Shown here: one piece after another, positions 1 through 6,932 of the stretch
Layout: the number at the start of each line of letters is the position of its first letter
Numbering within the stretch: the first letter of the stretch is position 1
Origin: Candidatus Saccharimonadota bacterium
GTDB lineage: Bacteria; Patescibacteriota; Patescibacteriia; 2-12-FULL-60-25
Reading direction: 5' to 3'
DNA: 32,000 nt
NCBI GenBank assembly: GCA_016699205.1
Contig: CP064964.1
Coordinates: forward strand, 60,001-92,000
Notes under the pieces: generated by a model
The model's input: the letters and a program-made list of their open reading frames with translations, nothing else
Database searches by the model: none
What the model was told of the DNA's origin: nothing
Program-made: the position numbers and the translations under genes

Positions 1-582
1 TTCGCGGTAGAGATCGACATACGTCACATTCTTTTCTGCCGCAGTCTCTTGAAAGAGATCACGTACTTGTTTTGTACGGACCGTAAACATCCAGCGAGTT
101 CCAAGCGGCAAGAGACGTGCGGTGCCGACATTTCCCGTCGAGACGATCACGATATTTTTGGAATGTTTTTTGGCTTCGTCAATAACAAGCGCGATGTCTT
201 TTGTTAGTTCGTCAAGATTTGTGAATCGGACGGTGTCGTTGCCGCCGATATGGATCATGATGAGATCGTATTGATCCCCGCGCAAATCGTTGCGGATGAG
301 CAGGTCTTTGGTTTTTGATCCGTTGATACCGCGGTTTTCTATTGACGCGGATGGATAGAATGAGCCGAGAAGTCCGGCGAGAGAGGCTGAGCTCGATGAA
401 GCGCCGGTGCCGACGGCAGTGCTATCGCCGATAACAAGAATTTTTGGCGAGGAAGCGTTCCGTGAAAATGGAACCGCATTGTCGGCAAGTTTGAGGCCGA
501 TAGCGATCAAGCGGCGCGTCTCATAGATGTCCCAAGCAATAAAACCGGTTATCGCGATGATTACGGCAAAGAGGATGTACAT
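1..582 (-). CDS. SGNH/GDSL-family hydrolase, membrane-anchored (3' end beyond left window edge)
   Basis: Absent from the ORF track because it runs off the edge. Reverse-strand translation from ATG (582-580) gives MYILFAVIIAITGF (hydrophobic anchor), ILVIGDSTAVGTG (block I GDS) and IHIGGNDTV (block III GxND). The frame stays open to base 1. The start lies 1 nt after the greA stop. Confidence 0.75.
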   Translation of the reverse strand, partial: MYILFAVIIAITGFIAWDIYETRRLIAIGLKLADNAVPFSRNASSPKILVIGDSTAVGTGASSSSASLAGLLGSFYPSASIENRGINGSKTKDLLIRNDLRGDQYDLIMIHIGGNDTVRFTNLDELTKDIALVIDEAKKHSKNIVIVSTGNVGTARLLPLGTRWMFTVRTKQVRDLFQETAAEKNVTYVDLYRE

Positions 583-583
583 A

Positions 584-1141
584 TTAGTCGACGCTTTGAA
601 TTTCCACATAAGAGATTTGTCCGTCAGGATTTTTGTATTCAACGGTTTCTCCGGCTTGGTGGCCGATCAGAGCCGCTCCAAGCGGGGATTGATGAGAGAT
701 ATTGCCTCGCAGCGGATTTGCTTCTTGCGGTCCGAGGATCCTGTACTCGCGGATTTTACCATTCATCTTGATCGTGACCGTTGATCCCATACGGATTTTT
801 CCATTATCCGAACCTGTCGGAATCAGGATGGCTTGCTTGATGCGCTCTTTTAGTCCAAAAATCCTGCCATCGATACGCGAGAGACGGTGTTTGGCATCTT
901 GGTATTCTGCATTTTCCGAAAAATCTCCCAGCGTGAGTGCGTGGCTCAGATCGACAACGATTCTTGGACGTTCAACTTTCTCAAGCGTATTTAACGTCCG
1001 TTTGAGACGCTCTAAGCTCTCAGGCGTGAGCTCGCGGCTTAGGCTTTCTGCGTCGCGAATGCGGTTGATTTGCGAGCGTCGCTGAGGAATTTGCATGGAC
1101 AGAGTGTACATCGCCGGTTTTGCCCTTGCTACATCTGTCAT
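584..1141 (-). CDS. greA: Transcription elongation factor GreA
   Basis: Has LTPESLERLK...GDFSENAEYQDAKHRLSRIDGRI (GreA N-terminal coiled coil) and a C-terminal GSTVTIK...ISHQSPLGAALIGHQAGETVEY. The 185-aa ORF is about 25 aa longer than typical GreA. The in-frame ATG at 1096 (MQIPQRR) sits 6 nt after a TACACT box and may be the true start. Confidence 0.9.
   Translation of the reverse strand: MTDVARAKPAMYTLSMQIPQRRSQINRIRDAESLSRELTPESLERLKRTLNTLEKVERPRIVVDLSHALTLGDFSENAEYQDAKHRLSRIDGRIFGLKERIKQAILIPTGSDNGKIRMGSTVTIKMNGKIREYRILGPQEANPLRGNISHQSPLGAALIGHQAGETVEYKNPDGQISYVEIQSVD
1103..1108 (-). promoter_or_regulatory. Possible -10 box (TACACT) 6 nt upstream of in-frame ATG 1096 of greA
   Basis: Minus-strand TACACT-ctgtcc-ATG. 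This is the same -10-to-start spacing seen at other backbone genes. Confidence 0.3.
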
Positions 1142-1185
1142 ATGTTGTTAATCTCGTATTTCTAATTCACTAATCGTAAACGTCT

Positions 1186-1314
1186 ATGATGAATTTCGAC
1201 GACACGATGAATCCGCCGGCCGAGCCGATGGAGGAAGAGAAGAAGCCGGAGGAAGGAATGTCCGAGGAAGCCGAGTCCACCGAGGCTCCTTCCGAGGAAG
1301 CTCCGCAAGCCTAG
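1186..1314 (+). CDS. Candidate 42-aa acidic Glu/Pro-rich small ORF (uncertain)
   Basis: ATG 1186 to TAG 1312-1314 encodes MMNFDDTMNPPAEPMEEEKKPEEGMSEEAESTEAPSEEAPQA. There is no SD. The sequence is purine-rich low complexity with tccgaggaag repeated at 1261 and 1291, and a hairpin terminator follows at 1321. Confidence 0.2.
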   Translation: MMNFDDTMNPPAEPMEEEKKPEEGMSEEAESTEAPSEEAPQA

Positions 1315-1320
1315 TTGAAA

Positions 1321-1352
1321 AGAGACCAGCCGCTATGGCTGGTCTCTTTTTT
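1321..1352. terminator. Bidirectional rho-independent terminator
   Basis: Perfect 11-bp stem AGAGACCAGCC (1321-1331) / GGCTGGTCTCT (1337-1347) with loop gctat. It has a T-run 1347-1352 and an A-rich left flank, and abuts the stop of the minus gene at 1351. Confidence 0.7.
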
Positions 1353-1704
1353 ACGTCATGAGTTCTCTCGTAGCGTTGTAATCCATCTTTATGATGTTGG
1401 ATTTTGAGGCAGCTATTTCTAGCGAACGTGAGAAATCCGTGGCTGTATCGGGAAAGAGGCGGAGTTTTACCATGGCGACAATGGCTTCATGGGTTGCCGG
1501 AGGGTTGTTTTCTAGGGCTTCATCGATCGCGACAATGGTTTCTGAAAGGGGACGGAACCACTGGAAAGAAGGTTCTTCAACAACAAGGCGGAATAAGGCG
1601 GCCGGACCAACAATAGGACCATGCGTTGATTCGTAGCTTTGTTTTGCCTGATCGATAAGAGTTTTATGGAGTGAGAGGAGTGCGGATCGCAAGAGGTCGG
1701 TCAT
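1351..1704 (-). CDS. Hypothetical protein (117 aa)
   Basis: Clean ORF with backbone-like composition, a terminator right after the stop and an extended -10 box upstream. I recognise no family. Confidence 0.55.
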   Translation of the reverse strand: MTDLLRSALLSLHKTLIDQAKQSYESTHGPIVGPAALFRLVVEEPSFQWFRPLSETIVAIDEALENNPPATHEAIVAMVKLRLFPDTATDFSRSLEIAASKSNIIKMDYNATRELMT

Positions 1705-1714
1705 AATTTCTCAG

Positions 1715-1723
1715 ATAATGCCA
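1715..1723 (-). promoter_or_regulatory. Extended -10 box TGgCATTAT, 10 nt upstream of ATG 1704
   Basis: Plus-strand ataatgcca at 1715-1723 reads TGGCATTAT on the minus strand. Confidence 0.4.
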
Positions 1724-1737
1724 CAGCCCAGTGATGA

Positions 1738-1765
1738 TTGACAGAGGCCATTATTCCTGTATGAT
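1738..1765 (+). promoter_or_regulatory. Sigma70-type promoter (-35 TTGACA, 16-nt spacer, -10 TATGAT)
   Basis: TTGACA at 1738-1743 and TATGAT at 1760-1765. AAAGGAGG (1788-1795) lies 5 nt before the TTG start at 1801. Confidence 0.6.
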
Positions 1766-1800
1766 CTCCGTCACTGCATTTGCAGTGAAAGGAGGCTACG

Positions 1801-2505
1801 TTGAAACAGTTAGCGAGATATTTGGATCCGCTCATCCAAGATGCATTCCACGAGCTGGACAAGCTCGAGGATACGGGAAGCCGAGAATCGGCTCTGACGG
1901 TCATTCTCCGGGTCCTGATCCACGGTGAACCCGAGGTGGTTCGCTCGCACATTCCAACCATCAGCCAGCCGTGGCCGCGCTACCTGCTGTGGAGTGAGCT
2001 TTGCGCTGCTCATGGCGAGGAGAGCGACATGAACAGTCTAAAGGCTGTCGTGCCGGATAAGGAGTTTCCTGATCAGCGCGAGATCGCGTCGCACATCGAC
2101 GAGCTCCGCTTCAAGATCGGGACGGGGTGGCGATCGGAGCCCGATCGACCCGTGCTCACGAGCTCGCATCGCGTGAAGATGCTGGCGCGTTCCAGCAGGC
2201 GGGTCGTGGGGTTTCAGCGGCTGTCTGCTCCACCGTTTCTCTTGTTCGACGAGATGTGTCTGCGGATCACGTACGGAGATGCTGCCGCCGTGGCCAAGGC
2301 GCGCGGACTCGCGACGGATGCCGAGATGCGCGACATGATCGTCGCCTCGGTGGCCAAGGCGCATGCGCACAACGGCTCTCCGGTGCGGGCGCGTAAGACG
2401 CTCGGCCATGTTGCCATGCCGGAGAACCGGATCTCCGTGATGACGCTCATCGCCTGTGTCGAGTGCGAGCTGGGCATGCAGCAGCCCATCGCCGTCCAAC
2501 ACTGA
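1801..2505 (+). CDS. Hypothetical protein (234 aa, TTG start), high-GC island 1
   Basis: Has a strong SD, its own promoter and its own terminator. GC is about 58% or more. I recognise no motif. The antisense ORFs 2038-2526 and 2214-2570 are judged GC artefacts. Confidence 0.55.
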   Translation: MKQLARYLDPLIQDAFHELDKLEDTGSRESALTVILRVLIHGEPEVVRSHIPTISQPWPRYLLWSELCAAHGEESDMNSLKAVVPDKEFPDQREIASHIDELRFKIGTGWRSEPDRPVLTSSHRVKMLARSSRRVVGFQRLSAPPFLLFDEMCLRITYGDAAAVAKARGLATDAEMRDMIVASVAKAHAHNGSPVRARKTLGHVAMPENRISVMTLIACVECELGMQQPIAVQH

Positions 2506-2511
2506 TCTGCA

Positions 2512-2552
2512 ACCCGGTTCCGACAATCTGTCGGGACCGGGTCTTGCGTTTT
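2512..2552 (+). terminator. Rho-independent terminator-like hairpin
   Basis: 13-bp stem ACCCGGTTCCGAC (2512-2524) / GTCGGGACCGGGT (2530-2542) with one G-U pair, loop aatct and tail cttgcgtttt. Confidence 0.55.
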
Positions 2553-2599
2553 ATGCGTGATCGCGTACATTCAGGCGGCGTTCATTGTAGGAGAAGAAG

Positions 2600-3925
2600 A
2601 TGACGGAAGAGATGGTGTATACGTGTAAGTTTGGAGGTTCATCGCTTGCGGATGGCCCGCGTGTGGCCAAGGCGGCCGAGATCATCAAGAGCGATCCGCG
2701 GAGGCGATATGTGGTTGTGTCAGCGCCGGGTCGTAAGACGTCGAGCGACCGCAAGGTCACGGACTTGCTCTACGCCGTTCACGAGAACAAGCGTCTCGGT
2801 CTCGATTCCCGCGAAGCGCTTGATGCGGCATTGCGGCCGCTCGAGTGGATTGCGCGGGATCTCAATCAGTGGGAAGGCTTCCACAAGCTCGTGAAAGATT
2901 TGCGGGACGTCGTGCATACGACTGGCGTGTCGGTGGATTTCATCGCGAGCCGCGGCGAGTACTTGATGGCGCGTTTGCTCGCGATGTATCTCGACTGGCC
3001 GTTCATCGACGCTAAGGACATTGTGCGGTTCACGTCGCAGGGACAGTTCTCGCCAGAGTTCACGCAGCGTATCGCTGCGGAGGAGCTCGCCAAGTATCCG
3101 CGTGCCGTGATCCCCGGATTCTACGGAGCCATTCCTGAGGGCGACATCAAGACGTTCAGCCGCGGAGGATCGGATCTCACGGGAGCGATCATTGCGCGTG
3201 CGACAAGCTCAGTTCTCTACGAGAATTGGACGGATGTCGACGGGATGATGAGCGCCGATCCGCGCATCGTTCCGGATGCCCGGCCGATCGACAAGGTGAC
3301 GTATCGCGAGCTGCGTGAACTCTCCTACATGGGGGCGAGCGTGTTCCATGAGGAGGCGGTGATCCCCGCCAAGATCGCGGGGACGACGATTCACATCCGT
3401 AACTCGCTCAATCCGGAGTCTGCAGGAACGCGCGTGATGCACGAGTCGCATCGGGGATATCATCCGGTGGTCGTCGGCATTGCTGGTCTCAAGGGCTTTA
3501 GCACGATTCATGTGCGGAAGACGCTCATGAATGAAGAGATCGGGTTTGCGCGCAAGCTTCTTACCGTCCTTGCGGATGAGGGGATCAGTATCGAGCATAT
3601 GCCCGGCGGTATCGATGCGCTTTCTGTGATCGTGCCGACGACGAGCGTGTTGAACCGCGAGGAGCTGATCATCGCGGAGATCAAGGATGTGTGCCGCACG
3701 GATGAGGTGGAGATCGAGCATGGTCTCGCACTCATCGCGACGGTCGGTCACGGCATGTGGCGTACGCCTGGCGTTGCCGCGCGGCTCACGGGAGCGCTTG
3801 CCAAACAGTCCATCAACATCAAGATGATCAATCAGGGCTCGAGCGAGCTCAACATCATCGTCGGCGTTGCTGCAGCAGACTATGAATTGGCGATCCGTGC
3901 CATTCATCAAGAGTTCTTTCCCTGA
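2600..3925 (+). CDS. lysC: Aspartate kinase (amino-acid kinase domain plus C-terminal ACT region)
   Basis: N-terminus reads KFGGSSLADG...YVVVSAPG, then FSRGGSDLTGAIIA and WTDVDGMMSADPRIV. The ACT-like C-terminus has ALIATVGHGM and SELNIIVGV. AGGAG (2589-2593) lies 6 nt before the ATG. The composition is high-GC. Confidence 0.9.
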   Translation: MTEEMVYTCKFGGSSLADGPRVAKAAEIIKSDPRRRYVVVSAPGRKTSSDRKVTDLLYAVHENKRLGLDSREALDAALRPLEWIARDLNQWEGFHKLVKDLRDVVHTTGVSVDFIASRGEYLMARLLAMYLDWPFIDAKDIVRFTSQGQFSPEFTQRIAAEELAKYPRAVIPGFYGAIPEGDIKTFSRGGSDLTGAIIARATSSVLYENWTDVDGMMSADPRIVPDARPIDKVTYRELRELSYMGASVFHEEAVIPAKIAGTTIHIRNSLNPESAGTRVMHESHRGYHPVVVGIAGLKGFSTIHVRKTLMNEEIGFARKLLTVLADEGISIEHMPGGIDALSVIVPTTSVLNREELIIAEIKDVCRTDEVEIEHGLALIATVGHGMWRTPGVAARLTGALAKQSINIKMINQGSSELNIIVGVAAADYELAIRAIHQEFFP

Positions 3926-3933
3926 AACAGATT

Positions 3934-3964
3934 CGCCCCGGTCCAAAGACGTTGGACCGGGGCG
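3934..3964. terminator. Bidirectional hairpin terminator between convergent genes
   Basis: 13-bp perfect stem CGCCCCGGTCCAA (3934-3946) / TTGGACCGGGGCG (3952-3964), between the lysC stop (3925) and the stop of the minus gene (3971). Confidence 0.65.
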
Positions 3965-3970
3965 TTGTCG

Positions 3971-4936
3971 TTAGGGCTGGTTGGCGAGGATTTGACCGTG
4001 GTGGATAAGATCCATCGCCTTGGTGAGGCAGAAACGGTACTGGCCGCGTGTGCGCTCGAACTCTTTGGAGCCAGTTGCTGCGCGTGCGAGCAGGATGACA
4101 TCCGAGCAAGTGGCTTGCTCCGGTGCTTCACCGACACGCTTAGCTTCTGCGAGTGCGAGTTCCTGAAGAGCGGCGTAGCGCTGGGGGATTTTGGTCGGTT
4201 CGTAGGCGCCCATGAGGCTGTGACCGAGCAAGATGCCGGGTACGTTCTTGAAGTAGCGTGCGTACTCGAGACGCTCGTTCATGTGACGACAGAAGATTCC
4301 GCCGACGCGATGAAACGCGAGACCAAACGGCTTGGAGAAGCTGAAGACCACGGCTTCCACGTTGGAGTGGCGGTTGAGCTCGAGCCGCGTTGGCGTCTTG
4401 GTGCAGCCGAGGTAGGCGAGGTCGAGGATCACGGCGGTCGTCGGGAAGGCGGCGCGCATGTTCTCGAGCCACGTCTCGAGGTCGCTCCAGTGCTCGCCGT
4501 CGATCGCAGAAGGATAGGAGACGATGAAGACGTCCTTTTCTCCGGGCGACTGATGGATCGGAGCTTCCTTGCGGCGCTCATGCTCGACCAGTCCTCGGCG
4601 TCCGGCATCGGCGAGCTGCCGATAGCCTTCGTAATCGCCCTTGAAGACGTGAACGCTGTCGTAGCCGCGCATGATGATGTCGAGGGCTTCCGTACCGCCT
4701 GCTGTCGGGTAGGCAAAAGGGAAGGCGCGCTTGCGCACGCCGACTCCGCTCCACTCGCGCCAGCGCTCCAAGAACGGAATGTGCATCTCGATCTGCGAGC
4801 GCTCGTATGCCTTCATGAACTTGGCGTGCGGTCGTGACTTCCAGAGCTCGTCCTGAATAGCCATGACCTCGTCCCAGTAGAGGGTGTACACGGTACGAGT
4901 GACACGCGTGAGATTGAACGGCTGCTTGATCTTCAC
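3971..4936 (-). CDS. Fold-type-I PLP-dependent aminotransferase-like enzyme (compact, 321 aa, GTG start)
   Basis: Has the motifs AYPTAGGTEAL, VFIVSYPSAIDGE, VILDLAY, SFSKPFG (Lys202, codon 4331-4333) and HRVGG. GGAGG (4942-4946) lies 5 nt before the GTG start. The composition is high-GC. Confidence 0.65.
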   Translation of the reverse strand: MKIKQPFNLTRVTRTVYTLYWDEVMAIQDELWKSRPHAKFMKAYERSQIEMHIPFLERWREWSGVGVRKRAFPFAYPTAGGTEALDIIMRGYDSVHVFKGDYEGYRQLADAGRRGLVEHERRKEAPIHQSPGEKDVFIVSYPSAIDGEHWSDLETWLENMRAAFPTTAVILDLAYLGCTKTPTRLELNRHSNVEAVVFSFSKPFGLAFHRVGGIFCRHMNERLEYARYFKNVPGILLGHSLMGAYEPTKIPQRYAALQELALAEAKRVGEAPEQATCSDVILLARAATGSKEFERTRGQYRFCLTKAMDLIHHGQILANQP

Positions 4937-4964
4937 GGAAACCTCCGCTCAAATGAGCTTGCGC

Positions 4965-4993
4965 AGGTTACGAGATATAATGATATATGTCAA
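4965..4993 (-). promoter_or_regulatory. Putative promoter (-35 TTGACA, 17-nt spacer, -10 TAACCT) for the PLP-enzyme gene
   Basis: On the minus strand, TTGACA is at 4993-4988 and TAACCT at 4970-4965. Confidence 0.4.
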
Positions 4994-4999
4994 TAATTG

Positions 5000-5008
5000 T
5001 GCTAATAT
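5000..5008 (+). promoter_or_regulatory. Extended -10 box TGcTAATAT, 9 nt upstream of ATG 5018
   Basis: Read directly from the sequence. No SD lies between the box and the start. Confidence 0.4.
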
Positions 5009-5017
5009 AAGAGCATT

Positions 5018-5722
5018 ATGGAACATCCTTTGGTTAAGGAGTTGTTGAAACATCGGAATAAAGAGAAGGCCGCTTTTTTCCCGCGGTTTTTTCGGACAGG
5101 AAAAGGCGAGTACGGTGAAGGTGATGTTTTTATCGGCGTGACGATTCCACATTTGCGATCCATTGCGAAGAATTACAGAACGATTTCTTTGAAAGAAGTT
5201 GAGGGTTTGTTGAAAGACAAGCGACATGAAGTACGCTGGTGTGCGCTTTATATTTTGGTGGAGCAGTTCAAGAAAGGAGATGAAGCAACCAAGAAAAAGA
5301 TTTACGAGTTTTTTCTTGATCATTTGAAATGGGTGAATAATTGGGATTTGGTTGATTCATCGGCATATCATATTGTTGGAGAATATTTGATGGATAAAGA
5401 TCGGAAGATTTTGCGTAAGATGGCAAAGTCGAAGCATCTTTGGACGGAACGTGTGGCGATGGTGTCGACCTTTGCTTTTATCAGAAAAGGGCAGTTGCAA
5501 GATACGTTTGAGATAGCCGAGATGTTTTTACCGCATAAGCATGATTTGATGCATAAGGCGGCGGGCTGGATGCTGCGAGAAGCTGGCAAGAGAAATGAAG
5601 TGGCTTTGATGCGTTTTCTTGATGAGAACGCTCCGGTCATGCCGAGGACAATGCTCCGGTATGCCATCGAGAAATTTGATGAAAAAGAGAGGAAGCGCTA
5701 CCTTCTGATGAAACAACTATGA
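5018..5722 (+). CDS. DNA alkylation repair protein (AlkD/AlkC-like HEAT-repeat glycosylase family)
   Basis: 234 aa. Has FFPRFFRTGKGEYGEGDVFIGV, NNWDLVD, ERVAMVSTF, HDLMHKAAGWMLRE and MPRTMLRYAIEKF, which are typical of the DNA alkylation repair enzyme family. Confidence 0.8.
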   Translation: MEHPLVKELLKHRNKEKAAFFPRFFRTGKGEYGEGDVFIGVTIPHLRSIAKNYRTISLKEVEGLLKDKRHEVRWCALYILVEQFKKGDEATKKKIYEFFLDHLKWVNNWDLVDSSAYHIVGEYLMDKDRKILRKMAKSKHLWTERVAMVSTFAFIRKGQLQDTFEIAEMFLPHKHDLMHKAAGWMLREAGKRNEVALMRFLDENAPVMPRTMLRYAIEKFDEKERKRYLLMKQL

Positions 5723-6024
5723 AAGCTTTGATTACAGCCGAGGAAGTGAAGACGCGTATTGAGGGGATGATCGCTCCGGCGATTGTGGATGTTCGGGATG
5801 CTGAGGAGTTGGAAGGTGGCTTTATCGAGGGTTCTATTCATATTCCGATGGAGCAGCTGGAAGCCAAGATTACGGAAGTTTTGCCAAACAAACAGCGAGA
5901 AGTCATTTTGTACTGTGCTCGTGGCCGACGTAGTGCTATCGCAATGGAGAAGCTCGATGCCATGGGATATACCAACGTGAAGAGCATGGTTGGTGGTTAC
6001 GAGGAGTACAAGAACACGCTCTAG
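5719..6024 (+). CDS. Rhodanese-domain sulfurtransferase (single domain, 101 aa)
   Basis: Has IVDVRDAEE..G.I.GSIHIP and the active-site loop YCARGRRS. Its start overlaps the upstream stop (ATGA). Confidence 0.85.
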   Translation: MKALITAEEVKTRIEGMIAPAIVDVRDAEELEGGFIEGSIHIPMEQLEAKITEVLPNKQREVILYCARGRRSAIAMEKLDAMGYTNVKSMVGGYEEYKNTL

Positions 6025-6075
6025 GCAAAAGTGAAGAGATCCGTTTAGATAGCGTCAGTCCTTTTTGGAGGTCAC

Positions 6076-6870
6076 ATGACGAATGTTCTTTCGGCACCCA
6101 GGTACAGGTGTTGGTATCGCTTTGAGACCGACGGCGAGCAGGTTACGGTCATTGCTGATGCGCAGAACATTCGTGCGTGGCAGCAGAGGCTCAATACCGA
6201 GCACGGTCACTTGATGCTGGAGGATTTCGAGGAGAACTTTGGCCTTCGGCCGTTCCTCGACGAGATGGATTGTTGGGGTTTTGGCGGGTGCTGTCGTTAT
6301 GCCGGCGAGAGTCCCGATGGGACTGTCCGGCTCGTGATGCCCTTGCCCTCTCTGGATTTTGACGGCAAGAGCGACCGCGTTCCCGGGTATGAGGCCGCTT
6401 GCTCACTGGAGATCCTGCTTGATTATTTGAGCTATACGGAGTCAGACCCACCCAAATGGAAACAGGGTTTGACGGCTCAGGTCACCACCGTGAAGCGTGA
6501 TTTCTACGGCGGGATTGTGTCTGCGAAGATTTCTCCGGACATGGCGCTCTGGTTCTCTAATGCTTTCGCGCATGCGGAGGGTGGAGACGCGATCACATTG
6601 GCTATGCGGAAAGCTGCGGCACGACTATGGGGTTCCGGGTTGGAGTCTCGTAACGATCTGTTCAATCGGACGAAGTTCTGTCTCTTGCGCGGAACGCCGT
6701 ACTTTGACTCCGGGTTTGGAGGAACGCTCGGACTCGACGGAACGGCGCGTCCGGAACAGGACGGCTCCTACGAACTCTCGCCGCACAACACAGATGGCGC
6801 GCTCAGCCAGCTTACGATCCTCACGGGGCTCGCCAAGCTCGACCAGCTCTTTCATGAGTACATCCGCTGA
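6076..6870 (+). CDS. Hypothetical protein (264 aa), high-GC island 2
   Basis: GGAGG (6067-6071) lies 4 nt before the ATG and a hairpin terminator follows. GC is about 58%. I recognise no family. It contains a Cys cluster, CWGFGGCCRY. Confidence 0.55.
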   Translation: MTNVLSAPRYRCWYRFETDGEQVTVIADAQNIRAWQQRLNTEHGHLMLEDFEENFGLRPFLDEMDCWGFGGCCRYAGESPDGTVRLVMPLPSLDFDGKSDRVPGYEAACSLEILLDYLSYTESDPPKWKQGLTAQVTTVKRDFYGGIVSAKISPDMALWFSNAFAHAEGGDAITLAMRKAAARLWGSGLESRNDLFNRTKFCLLRGTPYFDSGFGGTLGLDGTARPEQDGSYELSPHNTDGALSQLTILTGLAKLDQLFHEYIR

Positions 6871-6879
6871 ATGAACTAC

Positions 6880-6918
6880 GCCCCGGTTTCTGTGATGGAG
6901 ACCGGGGCTCGTCTTTTT
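6880..6918 (+). terminator. Rho-independent terminator
   Basis: Stem GCCCCGGTTTC (6880-6890) / GAGACCGGGGC (6898-6908) with one G-U pair, loop tgtgatg and T-rich tail tcgtcttttt. Confidence 0.65.
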
Positions 6919-6926
6919 GATATGAT
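6918..6926 (+). promoter_or_regulatory. Extended -10 box TGaTATGAT, 6 nt upstream of ATG 6933 (leaderless-type arrangement)
   Basis: Read directly from the sequence. There is no SD. Confidence 0.45.
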
Positions 6927-6932
6927 GTTGAC

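Noticed and set aside
2038-2570. Antisense ORFs 2038-2526 and 2214-2570 opposite the 1801-2505 gene, and plus-strand 2127-2396
   Set aside because: They are overlapping shadow ORFs in high-GC sequence. Only the plus-strand 1801-2505 ORF has a promoter, SD and terminator in the correct orientation.
3965-4837. 290-aa plus-strand ORF antisense to the PLP-enzyme gene
   Set aside because: It lies in a high-GC, stop-poor region with no SD or promoter, and its product is Ala/Gly/Val/Glu/Arg-rich. The minus strand carries a full ordered set of PLP-enzyme motifs, so this ORF is judged a GC-driven shadow ORF.
4949-5323. 124-aa minus-strand ORF antisense to the AlkD-like gene
   Set aside because: The plus-strand product has clear DNA-alkylation-repair family motifs. 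The antisense product is featureless and has no expression signals.
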